A stretch of 64,000 nucleotides of DNA. Origin: Intoshia linei. Its lineage: Eukaryota; Animalia; Orthonectida. The notes beneath the pieces were generated by a model. That model was not told the DNA's origin, searched no databases, and worked only from the letters and a program-made list of their open reading frames with translations. Positions 39,409 through 52,248 of this stretch are shown one piece after another. The translations under genes were made by a program, and so were the position numbers. The stretch is taken from contig LWCA01000063.1 in NCBI GenBank assembly GCA_001642005.1, positions 64 to 64,063 of the forward strand, read 5' to 3'. Each line of letters opens with the position of its first letter. Position 1 is the first letter of the stretch.

Positions 39409-39815
39409 TTAATTAAAGAGAATTCCTATTACAACAGTGAATATCAATCCAATAGGTATTCCAATTGACATTGCATCTAAAAATATGTATATTGTATTAA
39501 AATAAAATTATGTGTATTATATTAATATATAAATGCTACGGTAAATTTTTATTATTAAACTAAACTATTAAATGAAAATAAAAAAATTAGATTGTGTAAA
39601 GCACATACCACTGCACGTAGAAGTATCGTTGTGCCAGGTACACGTAACTGGGCCAACGTTAGTACAGTACGTCTTAACGGACACGATAGTACATGGATCA
39701 GCTAAAAATGTTTAAAAAATATATATAAAAAGATACGAATTGAAAAAGCAAGGTTGTTGTGAATTAATGTAATCAACACAATAAATAATATGATGGATTT
39801 ATTGAAATTTTGCAT
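39409..39815 (-). CDS. 79-aa secreted/GPI-like cysteine microprotein; exons 39815-39737, 39701-39609, 39476-39409
   Basis: Two GT-AG phase-1 introns (35 and 132 nt) join into an uninterrupted 240-nt frame: MQNFNKSIILFIVLITLIHNNLAFSI-PDPCTIVSVKTYCTNVGPVTCTWHNDTSTCS-DAMSIGIPIGLIFTVVIGILFN*. Confidence 0.8.
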
Positions 39816-42094
39816 TCTCTTAATTTGAAAACAATTTATATTTTTAAATTATTAAATGAATTTTTTATCAAAATGGAAGTATGTTAAAACTGTTAGTATT
39901 TACATAACCATGAATTCTAAATATATGCATATACACATCACAATAAAAATTAAATTTCTTTGTTATAAACTATGCTCAGATTTAATTCATAGGTTCAAGG
40001 CCAATTTCTGTATTTAATTTTCATTTAATTTGTTTTGACTACTTAGATTGTTACGCAATTTAAATCATTATTTAATGATTTCCATTATTAAATTTATTTA
40101 TTATTTTTCATGTTATTGTTGAACTCTAATAAATCATTGTTTTCATATTGATGTGGTTTATTTCAAGATATACACAAAATTTAACTGTGAATGTTTTTGA
40201 CTTTTCAGTATTTATACATTTATCTAATCAACTTGAATTTTAATGTCAATGATTTCTTACAAAGTACAGTTTATTACGGTTTTGTGCGTTGTGTAACTAT
40301 TTATAAATAGGTAAGAGTTTGCAAATACATTTGTAAATATTTCAAACACATGGTAAAGGTTTTCTTTAGGGTTTTTCAACCTATTTCATATCAATGGCCA
40401 CTTTTTGACTACAATTTTCCAAACGCCCATTGCAATTAAAATTGAAATTAGTAACATTAAAACTTTAAACCATGTAAAATTCGATGGTATTGATATTCCA
40501 TTTGTGCCAAGGTATGATGGTTTTTTTCATTTGAAAATTGAATTATATATTTCAGAGAAATGCACCATTTTCGAGTAATTGCTCGATTTACTCATATGGA
40601 ATTTTTAACCGAGTTGCACTAAAAAGATTTCCATGAACTGTTTTGAAAAATTTAGTAATCAATTTTACCAACCTTTGTTGCAACAAACATATATTATTAA
40701 CAAAAGAAATTATAAAACTAATGTAACTAAGCTAATTAATAATATAATAATAATAAATAATTAATATAATCATGGTACATAATTATTGAGTAATTTTTAA
40801 ATACAAATTATACGTCGAAAATTTATTCCAGAAGGCGTTAAAAAAATATATTTCTAAAAAGAGAGCTGTAGACAAAATGAGTTTGGGAACCTCTGCTCTA
40901 AAGCGAATTTTGTTCTGAGCGACACAATCATCGATTTTGCTATATAATCATATTATAGATTTTTTATTATTTTGTGGGTTTCTTTAAGAGAAATAGTTTT
41001 TAAAGATTTTCAAAATAATTTTGGGCTAAAGATTTGTTAGGTTTTTAATAGAACATTTTTTTCATCAATTTTTAAAGATTTAAAGATTAGAGACGGCTAA
41101 TGTTTCTATGAAGTGCATAACAATAAGTTAGTTGATGTAAAAAACAATAATGATGATTTTTTAAATAATGTTAAAAAATTACAACTAATACATTTATCGC
41201 CAGTCCAAACGCAGTGAAAATCGGTGGCAGGTTCACAAACAGATTTGAAAAAGAAGGCATTACACAAATCTAGACTCAATGATTAAAAAATATAAATAAA
41301 ATCAAATTTTAAAAATATATTATCGGTATCCTCATATTGACACTTGAAAACTTTAATAATATTTAATAAAAAATATTTTATGGTAAAAACAAAACTAAAA
41401 TTAATATAAATGATATCCTTAATTGTATTAAATATTCACCAGTGCAATGTAATATACAATATAAAGTTAATCCTACTATGACTTAGACTTTTATGTGGAT
41501 ATGAAATTGAATGTATAATTGATATCTCAAATGCATAATTTAATGTGTATAATAATGATATATTGAAATTTTATTTTAATTGATTTAAAATACCACTTTT
41601 TGCTACAATACAATAATTTATAAATAGAAAAAATTTAATATTATAATTTTGACTCACATACTAGGATTAAGCGATCGTTAAACTATTGAAAAATTTAAAA
41701 TTATTTTAAAATGTAATGTACACATTTATTTGTATAATCACATGTTAAAATTATTTTGATATGTGAGGATTATCTTTTTTAATATATTCTATACGTAGTC
41801 GAGCAATTTCGTTGCACAAGTTTTTCATTTCACGCTAAATTTTTTATTAATTTATAAAATACCAAGTATAATACATAACATATAATGGGTAAACTAATAA
41901 TGTATAATGTTACAAATTTAATTAAAAATAAGAGACTCTTAAGGTACTAGTTTATTAGGAAAGTTTAGTTTAACTGATTTGATATATTTAATGTATTGAT
42001 TATTTTAAATTAATTCCTACAAACACATTCAGATAAGCCACCAATTACACGGCGCTGCTTTTGAGCAAATTTAAAAACATCTAACCCAATGATA

Positions 42095-45000
42095 TTAGAT
42101 CTTGTTCACGATGACGAAATTATCATAACGTGATGCATCACGTAATTTCTTCAAGTCGCTGAATTGCTTAGTTTATGATTAATTTTTGTGAAGTAGAGTT
42201 TATTTTTGGTTTATTGGACATACAACAATACATTTCTTAAGTTCATTTCTTGAATTTATTTACGTATTAATGACATTGTAAATATAATTTCATAATTAGA
42301 ATATATAAAATTATAAAAAAAATCGTCCACAAATATATTATGGGTCAAAAACACAAAAAACTAGTAAATTTTACATACTCAAAACATATCCACAGTTGAT
42401 TTATGATATACATAAATGAATGTACATTATACATTAATATAAAAGCACTATGTTGATTGTTATTAACTACGTACAAACAGCACCTAGTTGTTGTAGTTTT
42501 AATTTTAATTTTAAACAAAATGCTTTGGAAATGAGAATTTGAAATTTAAAAATTGCGTAGCAATTTAAAAAAATTTCGAAGGAATGAATTATATAGATTT
42601 TCACCTATATGTCTTTATTGGAATTGTGCAGACATTCAATGCACATTTTTTTTCAAATTGTAAGATCAATAGATTTTCAATTTTTATTTTAATCGAAATA
42701 TTTGAAAAATATTGGTTGATAATATATTAAAAGTATTTTTCACCCGGGAATGCGTAGATTTCTCGGATTGAAATTATGTATTTATATAGTATGTAAAATC
42801 GGATTTTATAAAAGAATATTGGTGTAAGTCAATTTTTCCATGAGGGCTTGAAATAATATTTTTGATTAAATTTTATTAGTGGTGGGATTTTTGAAATGGT
42901 AAATTTTAAATATTATAATATAATCATATTTTCATAGTAATAACATAAATCAAATACAGGTATGTCTCAATTTTTTTCGGGAAATTCCGGAAATCGTAAA
43001 AATCCCAAGAAATTTAATTCCCGGGAATTTTGTCCCGGCACAATCACTACCATTGGTGTGTCAATTTTTGAGATTTACAACAATTTTAATGATTTTAAAG
43101 CGCCTCCGAGAATTTTTTTTTTAATTTAAATTTTGATTTGATTTTATTTAAAAAAAAAAGTAAATTGGGTTGTGGTTCTGAAATTCAAATTCTAAAACTG
43201 AAAAATAGATAAAAAATATTCCCTGCGAAACACTGTATTAGAAATTAGGTTTTAATAAATTCTTCGACTGTTAACGTTTTAACCCTTTCACTGTCTGTGT
43301 ATTTTATACTATACACAGCAATTTCACTTCATACGTCTGTGTATTCTATAATATACACAGAATAATTTTAAAAAACAATATTCTTTTATTTTCATACATT
43401 TTCAGATAGGTTATTTAAAAATAATACAAGTTTAAATTAAAACATAAATTCCAGACGTGTGGTGATGCATCATAAAATAGTATTAGACAGTGAAAGAGTT
43501 AAATATACGGTAAGATACTCAGACACACACAGACATTCAATTTTAATAAATATATAATAAATATAAAGATTTTATAGTCAAATATAAACTTTAAAATATT
43601 CATTGTTAATTTTTTCATGAATTATTAGATATATTCATTAATAATTTTACCATAACAACAGTAATATTTATAATGGTTAAATTAAGTGACCTAATCATTA
43701 TTTATACAAATTTTTATGAAAATTGAAGATGGTCAAGTTACTAGCATATGTTGTTTTTATATGTAATTGTCAATGGGTAATAAACTTACATAAATGATAG
43801 CAGGATCAATATCTTGAAATTCAATTTCTGGTATATCGTACAAAATTGTACTTTGAACAAATGCAGAAACAATATTATGGGGATCAAAGACACATTGTTT
43901 TCTAAGTAAACTTGGGTTATTCAGTCTATATTTGTTGTTTAATATATGTTTAATAATCTAAATTATTATTTACATTATGCTAATACGAATATTCATTACA
44001 TTATATATCGTACATTAAATTCTCGATTCCAACCTCACTGTATCATACAAAATCGTCTAAAAATTATAAGGGTCACTACAGTTCATTGGTGCAGTTAAAA
44101 AGTATCAAAAATTAAAAATTAAGAATTTAATTTGTTAACTGTCTCGCTACCAGTGGATTGTATGTTATGAAGTAAGTCAAGGTAGGATTATCCGATTTAT
44201 GCATCATTATTAATATTATTTAAAAAGTAATTTGGACCAGAAATATATGGACTTCTGAGGTTGAAAGTTTTGACTTTACATTTTACCTTACTAGAAATGT
44301 TGAAAATTTCAAAATGTTACCACACGCATAGTGTTGATGAAATAATATCAAATAAATAAAAAGCGTAAATAATATATATTGTGCTTTTGACAGTGAAGAC
44401 GTCAATTTATCTGATTTTTTTAAAATTCTAGACCCTTTTCATTTTTAATTGGTATTTTTGATCATGGAGAGGGCAATTACAGATTTTAAAAATTATATTA
44501 CATTATACACCCGAAATATATGACGAGATTATTGTTTTTGAAATTTCTTAGACTCAATTTTCTAAATAAATGGTTACACACAAAAACAAATTTCTAGAAA
44601 CTTTTACATTATCGGTAATGATAATTACTGTATAAGTAACGATTTATCCTCGTATTTTCTTGTTCGATCCAATACGGGATACCAAGATGATAATTATAAT
44701 TAAACTTTCAAAATTTAGTTTGGACAAAGTGTTTATCAATTTTTAATTAATTTTTATTAATTTTATAAATCTTTATTGACACAGGCTTTCCCATCCTCAT
44801 TTATTACTATTATAGAATGATGAACATATTTCACTGGAATCGTTAATATAATTTACTATAAATTAGGAATTTACGACATACCCACGGTAATAATATTAAA
44901 AAGATAGCAATAATTGTAGGCAAATATGATATAAATGAAATTAAGTGTTTTATTTCAGGAGCAATTGGTTTCCAAGTTATGCTAAATATATATTAGTATA

Positions 45001-48000
45001 TTTAATTACTAATTTATAATACAAAAATAATTACAATTAGTATATAAATAATTTAAATTATTACCGTAAAATCATAAAACTTGTCATTAAAACTATTTCA
45101 AAGGTGACAGCCAGCATATTTAAATAATTTTCTTGTCGGTTTTTGGAGTATTTAATAATTATAATATTTTCTCGGCAGCAAAACAGTAGAATTGTTAATC
45201 TTGCTACATGTGCATTATTGTTAATTTAAAACAATTATATAATTAATATTAAAATATATTTTGTATACATGGTTATTAAAAAATAATATGGATATCTCAT
45301 ATATGTTATGGGAATAGCCAAAGACTACTGTATACTTAATTTGGTTTAAGCTGTCCTTGGAATACCGTAAAAATTATTTTTATAAATTTTCTGCAACTAA
45401 AAATAATTCTTAGTTTGTCACTAGTGTCCGCTCCTTTTTGAATTGTCCCAAAATAATTATTTTTAAAACTATTCATCGAAATATCAATCCAATGAGGATT
45501 ACATACTAAAACGTACTTTCTCAGTTTCGATATTTTACTTTTTTTTGGACGCCCTAGTGCCCATACAGTGGATTTAGCTTTTTAGATTGAATATGTGATT
45601 AGAAAAATCTACAAAGCTTAATGACATATAAGCTAAAGATAGATTTTTCACCCATATTTCTTTATTGGAAATGTGTAGACGTTCAATGCACATTTTTTGA
45701 AATTGTAGATTTACATTTTCATTTTTATTTTAATCGAAACATTTGAAAAATATTAAAAATTATTTTTCATCGGGAATGCGCACATTTTTTGGGTTGAACT
45801 TTTTTATTTATATCAACTGAATTAAGCTCTAACAAAATAATTTTTTTTTTAATTTTCGGACCGATAACACATTTTTTGTTTTTATAAAATATTTCGGAAA
45901 AAAAATATATGAATACTAAAATGCTTTTTTGACCATGAATTCGTCACTTATTCGGATTGAAATTTTTTGTGTGTGTTAACAGGATACAATCATCTAGTGA
46001 ACCACTTTTCTATTTTTTACAGGTGTATTAGAAATAGTGGATATAACTAACGGGTATTAAATTTAAAAAAGGTTATGAAACCATGAATTAGATATTTACG
46101 GACATAAGACAACGCTGCTTGTTCTACAACAACTATATAATAATGGCAATACAATTATGATTAAAAATTATATAACGGTGCTACAGCCGACAAGGTCCCA
46201 GAAATATTATTATTATGGCGAATAAGAGATTTCATGACTAATTTAACGAAAAAACAATACTACGTGAATTTTTTTTCCAAAAGTTAATAAAGTTCAATAA
46301 ATTTGATTTGTAAGTTAAATTTTTTTGTTTTTATAGGTTAAAAAAAAATCGCCCTATTTATTATACGTCCCGGAAAAAACTGTAATTGAAATGTGGACTT
46401 TATAAAATTCTAAGACTAATAGTTATTGGAATAAACCAGTTTTAATTTAATTAGTTTAGTATTTAGTTAGTTTTTTTTAATTGATAAAAGTAGTAAAAGT
46501 TAACACTCTAATGTATATTATACAATGTAAAATGCACATCAGTGTGCATTTTTATTCAACATTGGATTAAATAAGCGGGATATTATTGAGTTTTACCCAA
46601 ATAAGCAAAATATTGAATCCATTGGTCTGTACATTGGAAATTGGGTAAACTATTAGATATCCGAGTTGAATTAAATGTAATACTTTTTACAGTATTGTTT
46701 GTATCAAAATATATTTGAGAATCATTTGAAATTAGATTATTATTGATTATGGTGCAATCATACATATTACTTACACCACTTTTATTGTAGTAATACAGCA
46801 CAGTAATAGTCCAAGTAATTAGAGAAAATAATAAAATTGAAAATAATATGCATAATTTCTTCAGGAGCATATTTTCAGTAATCATTACTCGTCGAGCTGT
46901 AATACTGGTGAATGATGCAGCAATTCTATCATAAAATATTAAAATTAAATATATATTCATTTTAATAATACATATTGTATTTATTATTTTTATTTAACTG
47001 ACAATTCCTCGTTAACGGAATTTTTTGTAAACTAACTTTAAATTAAAATAATGAGAAATTAAATATTTTTTTTTATAATATGTTATACCTTTGAATTTAC
47101 TACGTGTACTAACAAAATTATTCAAATATTTAAAAACATACTTATTTATATAAAGTTAAGTAATTGTTGCTAAAAATGTGTATCTTACACTGTGTAACCG
47201 TAATTTAGATAATTTATGAAATAATTAATAATCTTAGAGCATGGGTTCTAAATTTTTTTCTGTTTGGCAACTCAAAAATTTAATATTATAACTACGGTAA
47301 CAAAAAATTTATAGATTAAATGGTAAAAATAGCTTTGAATTTAAATTATAAAAAACTTTTCAATATAAACAACACTGTGGTTTGTCTGATTTATTAGTAT
47401 CATTTATTTTAATGACTCCATAAAAAATATAATCATCACTCTATTTTCTTTTTTTTTGATAATAATTTTATATTAATTAATTTATTATTCAAAAATTTTC
47501 TGCCCTCCCCCACAAACTGATTTGACACACAGGTTAAAAACCCATGTCCTATGTTCTATTAGACCTGATTTAAGTTGATTTAAATAAAAAATTACAAAGT
47601 TTTAATTATTAAAATGTTTAATATGTGTATGTACGAGTCGTATAGTACGACTAGAATGAAGTATTTCATAAATTATAAAACTTATTTACCATAATATTTT
47701 GTATATATTATCGAGTAAATGTGTATATTAATTATACAAAAATTGACTCAATTTTTGTGAAATATAAAAAAATACATATTCCGTTAATCTGGACTTTTCT
47801 CCGTTAACGAGGAATTATTTTACATAATAATTAAAAATTTTAAAAACTTACTTGTATGATCGTAAGTAAATTGGAGCATACATCATAAAAAATCCAATTT
47901 CATCAAGATTAAAAATGAATAAACAAATCAATATATTGGCGGGTAGTAAGTTTAAAAATAACTAAATTATTTCATTATGTGTGGATGATATGGTTTAATG

Positions 48001-49887
48001 ACTATACACCAGGGGTCGGCTACCTTTTATATCAATTGAATAAAATTTCTGAAGTAAAATTAAATTTCTGGTACAATTGTACCAAAATACAAGAAATCCT
48101 ATCAATTCGATAGAAAAAAATGTATTAATGCATTAATTTAAATAAGTAAATACTAATAAAGTATCCTCACTTCAACTGGCCAATTCCGTACCTCGTCATT
48201 CATTTCAATATGAAATTTATTTGATTAACAGGGGACCAACAGAGCGATTTTTAATTTTAAGACAATAAACAATGTATATAATTAATATTCTTAAAAATTT
48301 TTTATATGAGGCCTAATGTTTTCTCTCCACGCCCTGACCTAACGTACCCAAGACCCATAATCGTAAATTACCCATTGTTTTGAAAAATAAAAAAAGTCTT
48401 AGAATTTAGTAAAATTCACACTTAATTGAAATCTTTCTAATTAACAAACAAAAAAATTTCAATCTGAAAGTGATACCTTCACAATCAAAGAAGTAATTTA
48501 GTGTTTACCAATTTTTTGGGGAAACTATTAAACTATAAACCTTTACTTATATAAAATAACTAGAATTTTTTTTTGACCGTGAAGTCATCACGTATTTGAA
48601 TTGAAATTTTTTGTGTGTGTTAACAGGATTTAACTGTACAACCTGTAAAATATTTGAAATTCTAAGGCTTTTTTCATTAAAAAAAGAAGGGTAATTTGGG
48701 GTTTTGGCCCTGAAGATATATTTTTTTAAATTTAAATTTATGATAATTGTAGTGATATCCGAAATAAAAAGGAAGATCGATTGTATTTTAAAATATAAAA
48801 TTTATAGAAACAAATTTATTTTAATAATCAGTTTATTGTTCAAGTGTTCTGATACTATAGCAACGCTACAATAATGTTTATGATTTTAAAATCCGTATCA
48901 GAGTACATATATATTTTTTTAAATTCTTGAACTCGTATAATTATCAAAAAAAGGACAATTGAATTTTTTAAACCGTAAGATGTGAGTTTGGGAGGTTGAA
49001 ATTTATGAAATTTGATAACACCCCCGGAAAAAACTGTAGTTGAAATGTGAACTTTATAAAATTCTAAGACGTAGTTATTGAAATAAACGGTAACACACAC
49101 AGAAACAAATATTGCATAACATATTATATAAGTAAGGATATTAGTTAAAAATTTATATCTGTTTGTTTCAGTTTATTTAATAAAATAAGATGTGTAGAAC
49201 GTTAAAAACACCAATTGCTAATACAGTTTTTTGATTGCAAGGTTTTATTACAAATTTATTTTTCAGAAATTGATTCCTTCAACGTCAAAAACCGAAATTA
49301 TTTTTGTTTTTTTTTTAAATAAAATGAGTCCTAAAATTTAAAAAAATGTCCATCCTGATACAGTTTTTATAATTATGAGTAGTATTAAAAATTTAACTTG
49401 GTTAAAATTATCTTAAACTGAAATATAACTATATTATCATTTAAAAGTATTAACAGCTCCAGCTCGATAGGTTCGGCTCTGAGTATAGTTATTTAGATTA
49501 TAATTTAAACATATTTGTTACTGTGTAAAAAACCATTATATATTACATTCGGTGACCTGATAAAGCAAATAATGATTATAATACATATATAAAAATAAAC
49601 CGAAACAAAGCGTATAATGCATCCTACCGGTATAATTAGTAAAATATGAATGAGTTTAGTTTTCACAACCTTAAAAAGCAAATTAAATTATTGTAAAAAT
49701 AAAAAATTACCGATTTTCGAACCGTCAATAGATAAATAAATATGGAAACTGACGTAACAATAAATAAAAAATTTAACACAATAATAATAATTTCAATATA
49801 TGTCAGATAAAAATATAAAAATGTTTGAAACTGTTGAAATTTGGAATCAACTGTTGAACAAAAATATTGAGAATCAAATTGATGCAT
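42095..49887 (-). CDS. GPR158/GPR179-like class C orphan GPCR, 7TM plus cytoplasmic coiled coil
   Basis: Spliced TM exons: ..IYLLTVRKS|VVKTKLIHILLIIPVGCII..|..CLFIFNLDEIGFFMMYAPIYLRSYK|IAASFTSITARR..LITWT..QCTDQW..|..RQENYLNMLAVTFEIVLMTSFMILR|..LILLP. C-terminal DIDPAII|NELKKCIVQFSDLKK parallels GPR158 LDPEDIRDELKKLYAQLE. 5' end uncertain. Confidence 0.75.
43283..43498. mobile_element. piggyBac-type MITE nested in a Helitron-B copy
   Basis: TTAA flanks; TIRs CCCTTTCACTGTCT / AGACAGTGAAAGAG; two internal imperfect palindromes CTGTGTAT..ATACACAG. Confidence 0.85.
47002..47818. mobile_element. pogo/Tigger-like MITE with nested CATGGG-ended MITE (47240-47546)
   Basis: TIR core AATTCCTCGTTAACGGA / TCCGTTAACGAGGAATT; a related TTAACGGAAT-type element lies at ~8000-8345. 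Confidence 0.7.
48567..49138 (-). mobile_element. Helitron family A 5' portion in a GPCR intron
   Basis: Collinear with ~60700-61140 with an internal insertion; A|TC terminus at 49138. Further fragments at ~30505-30686, 38942-39030, 42448-42788, 45637-45990 and 46358-46434. Confidence 0.75.
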
Positions 49888-51590
49888 GTAAATTTTATAT
49901 TATTTAATGTTGACTTTGTTGACGGAAAGTAAAAAAATACTAAATAATAATATCTATAATGACGCGAAAAAATGAATTGTCATAATGTAAGTTGTTAAAT
50001 TAGTACAGTCAGCTTTAATTTTACTTTATATTAATCGTTTAAAATGACACAAGTAAATCCCACATATAAATAATCAATGTTGAGATGGTGTGTATATGCA
50101 GTTGACTGTATTTAATCGATACACTTAATAAATTTTTGTATTAAAATTTTAAATATTTAATTAAATGTCGTTACATATTTAATGGAGCATATAGTGCAGC
50201 CAAAATTTTAATCTCCTTTATGGAAAGTTTATTATTTGAGTTACATTTATCAATAAAATCAATCCTGTTGAATTTATTGCAAGTCAAGTATCTTATTATC
50301 ATTGTATAATTGTAATTATTCAATACACATGTAAATATAAATGTATATTTGTCAAGAATGTTTCGTATTGGTAAATGATATTGAATGTCGTTCAAAATCG
50401 ATGCTTTTAAATTAAGATTGTTTAGCTATTAGATCGTTTTCATATTATAGTAATTCAATGTGATAGTAGATAACACAAAATACATTTATTTACATTTAAA
50501 ATATTATTTCATTTTCTCAGCTTGGTGCATGAGTCATGATCAAACTAGGCAAGTATTTTTATTTTGTTTAATACATTTAATGTAAACACGATTTAGATAT
50601 TTAATATTTTATAATATCATAATTAAATATTGAAAACATAATTTACATTACAGACATGTAATACCATAGTGTATTAATATAATCACATTATATTTACATT
50701 TTAATACATTGTATTAAAAGTACATTGTACATTTGATTTATGTTATTTAATTATTACGTGCGTGGTACGTTATTATTTACGATTATTGGATTTTTACGAT
50801 TTCCCGGGATTTCCCGAAAAAAATTGTATTGAAAATTGACATACCTGTATTTGATTTATGTTTGTTATTACTATAAAAATATGATTATATTATAACATTT
50901 AAAATTTACTATTCAAAAATCCTACCACTAATACAATTTAATCAAAAATACACTTTAAAGCCCTCATGGAAAAATTGATTTACACCGATATTCTTTTACA
51001 AAATCTTATGAAAAAAATCCACTTCATACAACTACAAATAAAAAATCTAATTTTCCAGCCTTTAATCGAAAAAATATCCTTTTTTTAAAAACCTTTTATT
51101 CCAACCACAAATTACTAAAGCTTAAGGAAATTATCTTCTTTTTCCAATATTATTTTTGAAAATATTTTGAGTTTTTACGAACTGGAACGCTATCATCAAG
51201 GTTGTTAAAATTAAAGGAAGCTCTTATGACTGTTCAACCTACGCCAACACAAAATAAAAGAAATTTCTCTACTGCTTCTAATTTCGTTACAAAACTTAAA
51301 ACGTTTTTAAAAGACGAATCTATCAATATTATGTGTTTTGAAACACCTTTTAAAATAAATAAATTTTTTTCTAATTAATTTTGTAAATTTCAATCTAGAT
51401 TCGTGTTATTAAATTAATTAAATTTTTTTTATTTTTAAAATTAATTATGTTCTCTAAAATTTTTTATTTTTCCCGGGAAATTTAATTTTTAATGTCCCGG
51501 TTCTCGACTCTTGTCTTTTCCCGGGAAATCACAATCACTATATAAATCAATTAAATATCGCTTTCATAAAATTTTTTGATAATCCCAAAA

Positions 51591-51920
51591 CAGGGGTGTC
51601 AATTATGTGGCCCGCGTTATAATATACATTTTTATTTTTATCACAATTTTCTACACATATTTTTTTTTTTACAGTTTTTTCATGATTACAATTTTAACAT
51701 TAATTGTACCCTTATTCTATTATAATAGTTAATGGATAATTATCATTCTTTCCTATTTCATTTTACAAAAAAAATATTATATTTTTTTTTTTTATAAATT
51801 ATTATAAATTAATTAAAATTGTTAGTTTTAGCATGTTTTGATTAAAGATTTTTTTGTGTGGCCCACGCAATATTTTTTTTCACATTTGGATCGCCAAGCA
51901 AATTGAGTCTGCCACCTCTG
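51591..51920. mobile_element. hAT MITE (sister of 24774-25063)
   Basis: CAGGGGTGTCA..TGCCACCTCTG with CCCAAAA on both flanks. Confidence 0.8.
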
Positions 51921-52248
51921 CCCAAAAAATATAAATTTAATTACAGATTATGTACTGACTTATGTTTAACCATGGAAACAATACATTATTGCAATTTAGT
52001 TTCTATGTGTAACTAGGTTAAAGTTTCATTTTTCATACTATAACTGCTAGCATAATGCTAGTAGCATTTAGTCTAAAATTTAAATGGAATTTTTATAGGC
52101 TTGCAAGTTGCAACGCTTTGGTTTTAAAATACAATGTTACAATTACAGTTAATTAAATACAATTTTAGTTTATTTTGCTTTTCAGATTCTGATATGATAA
52201 AAATAAAAAATGTTTATTTAGACGAAAATTAATTTTTTTTAAATTATA

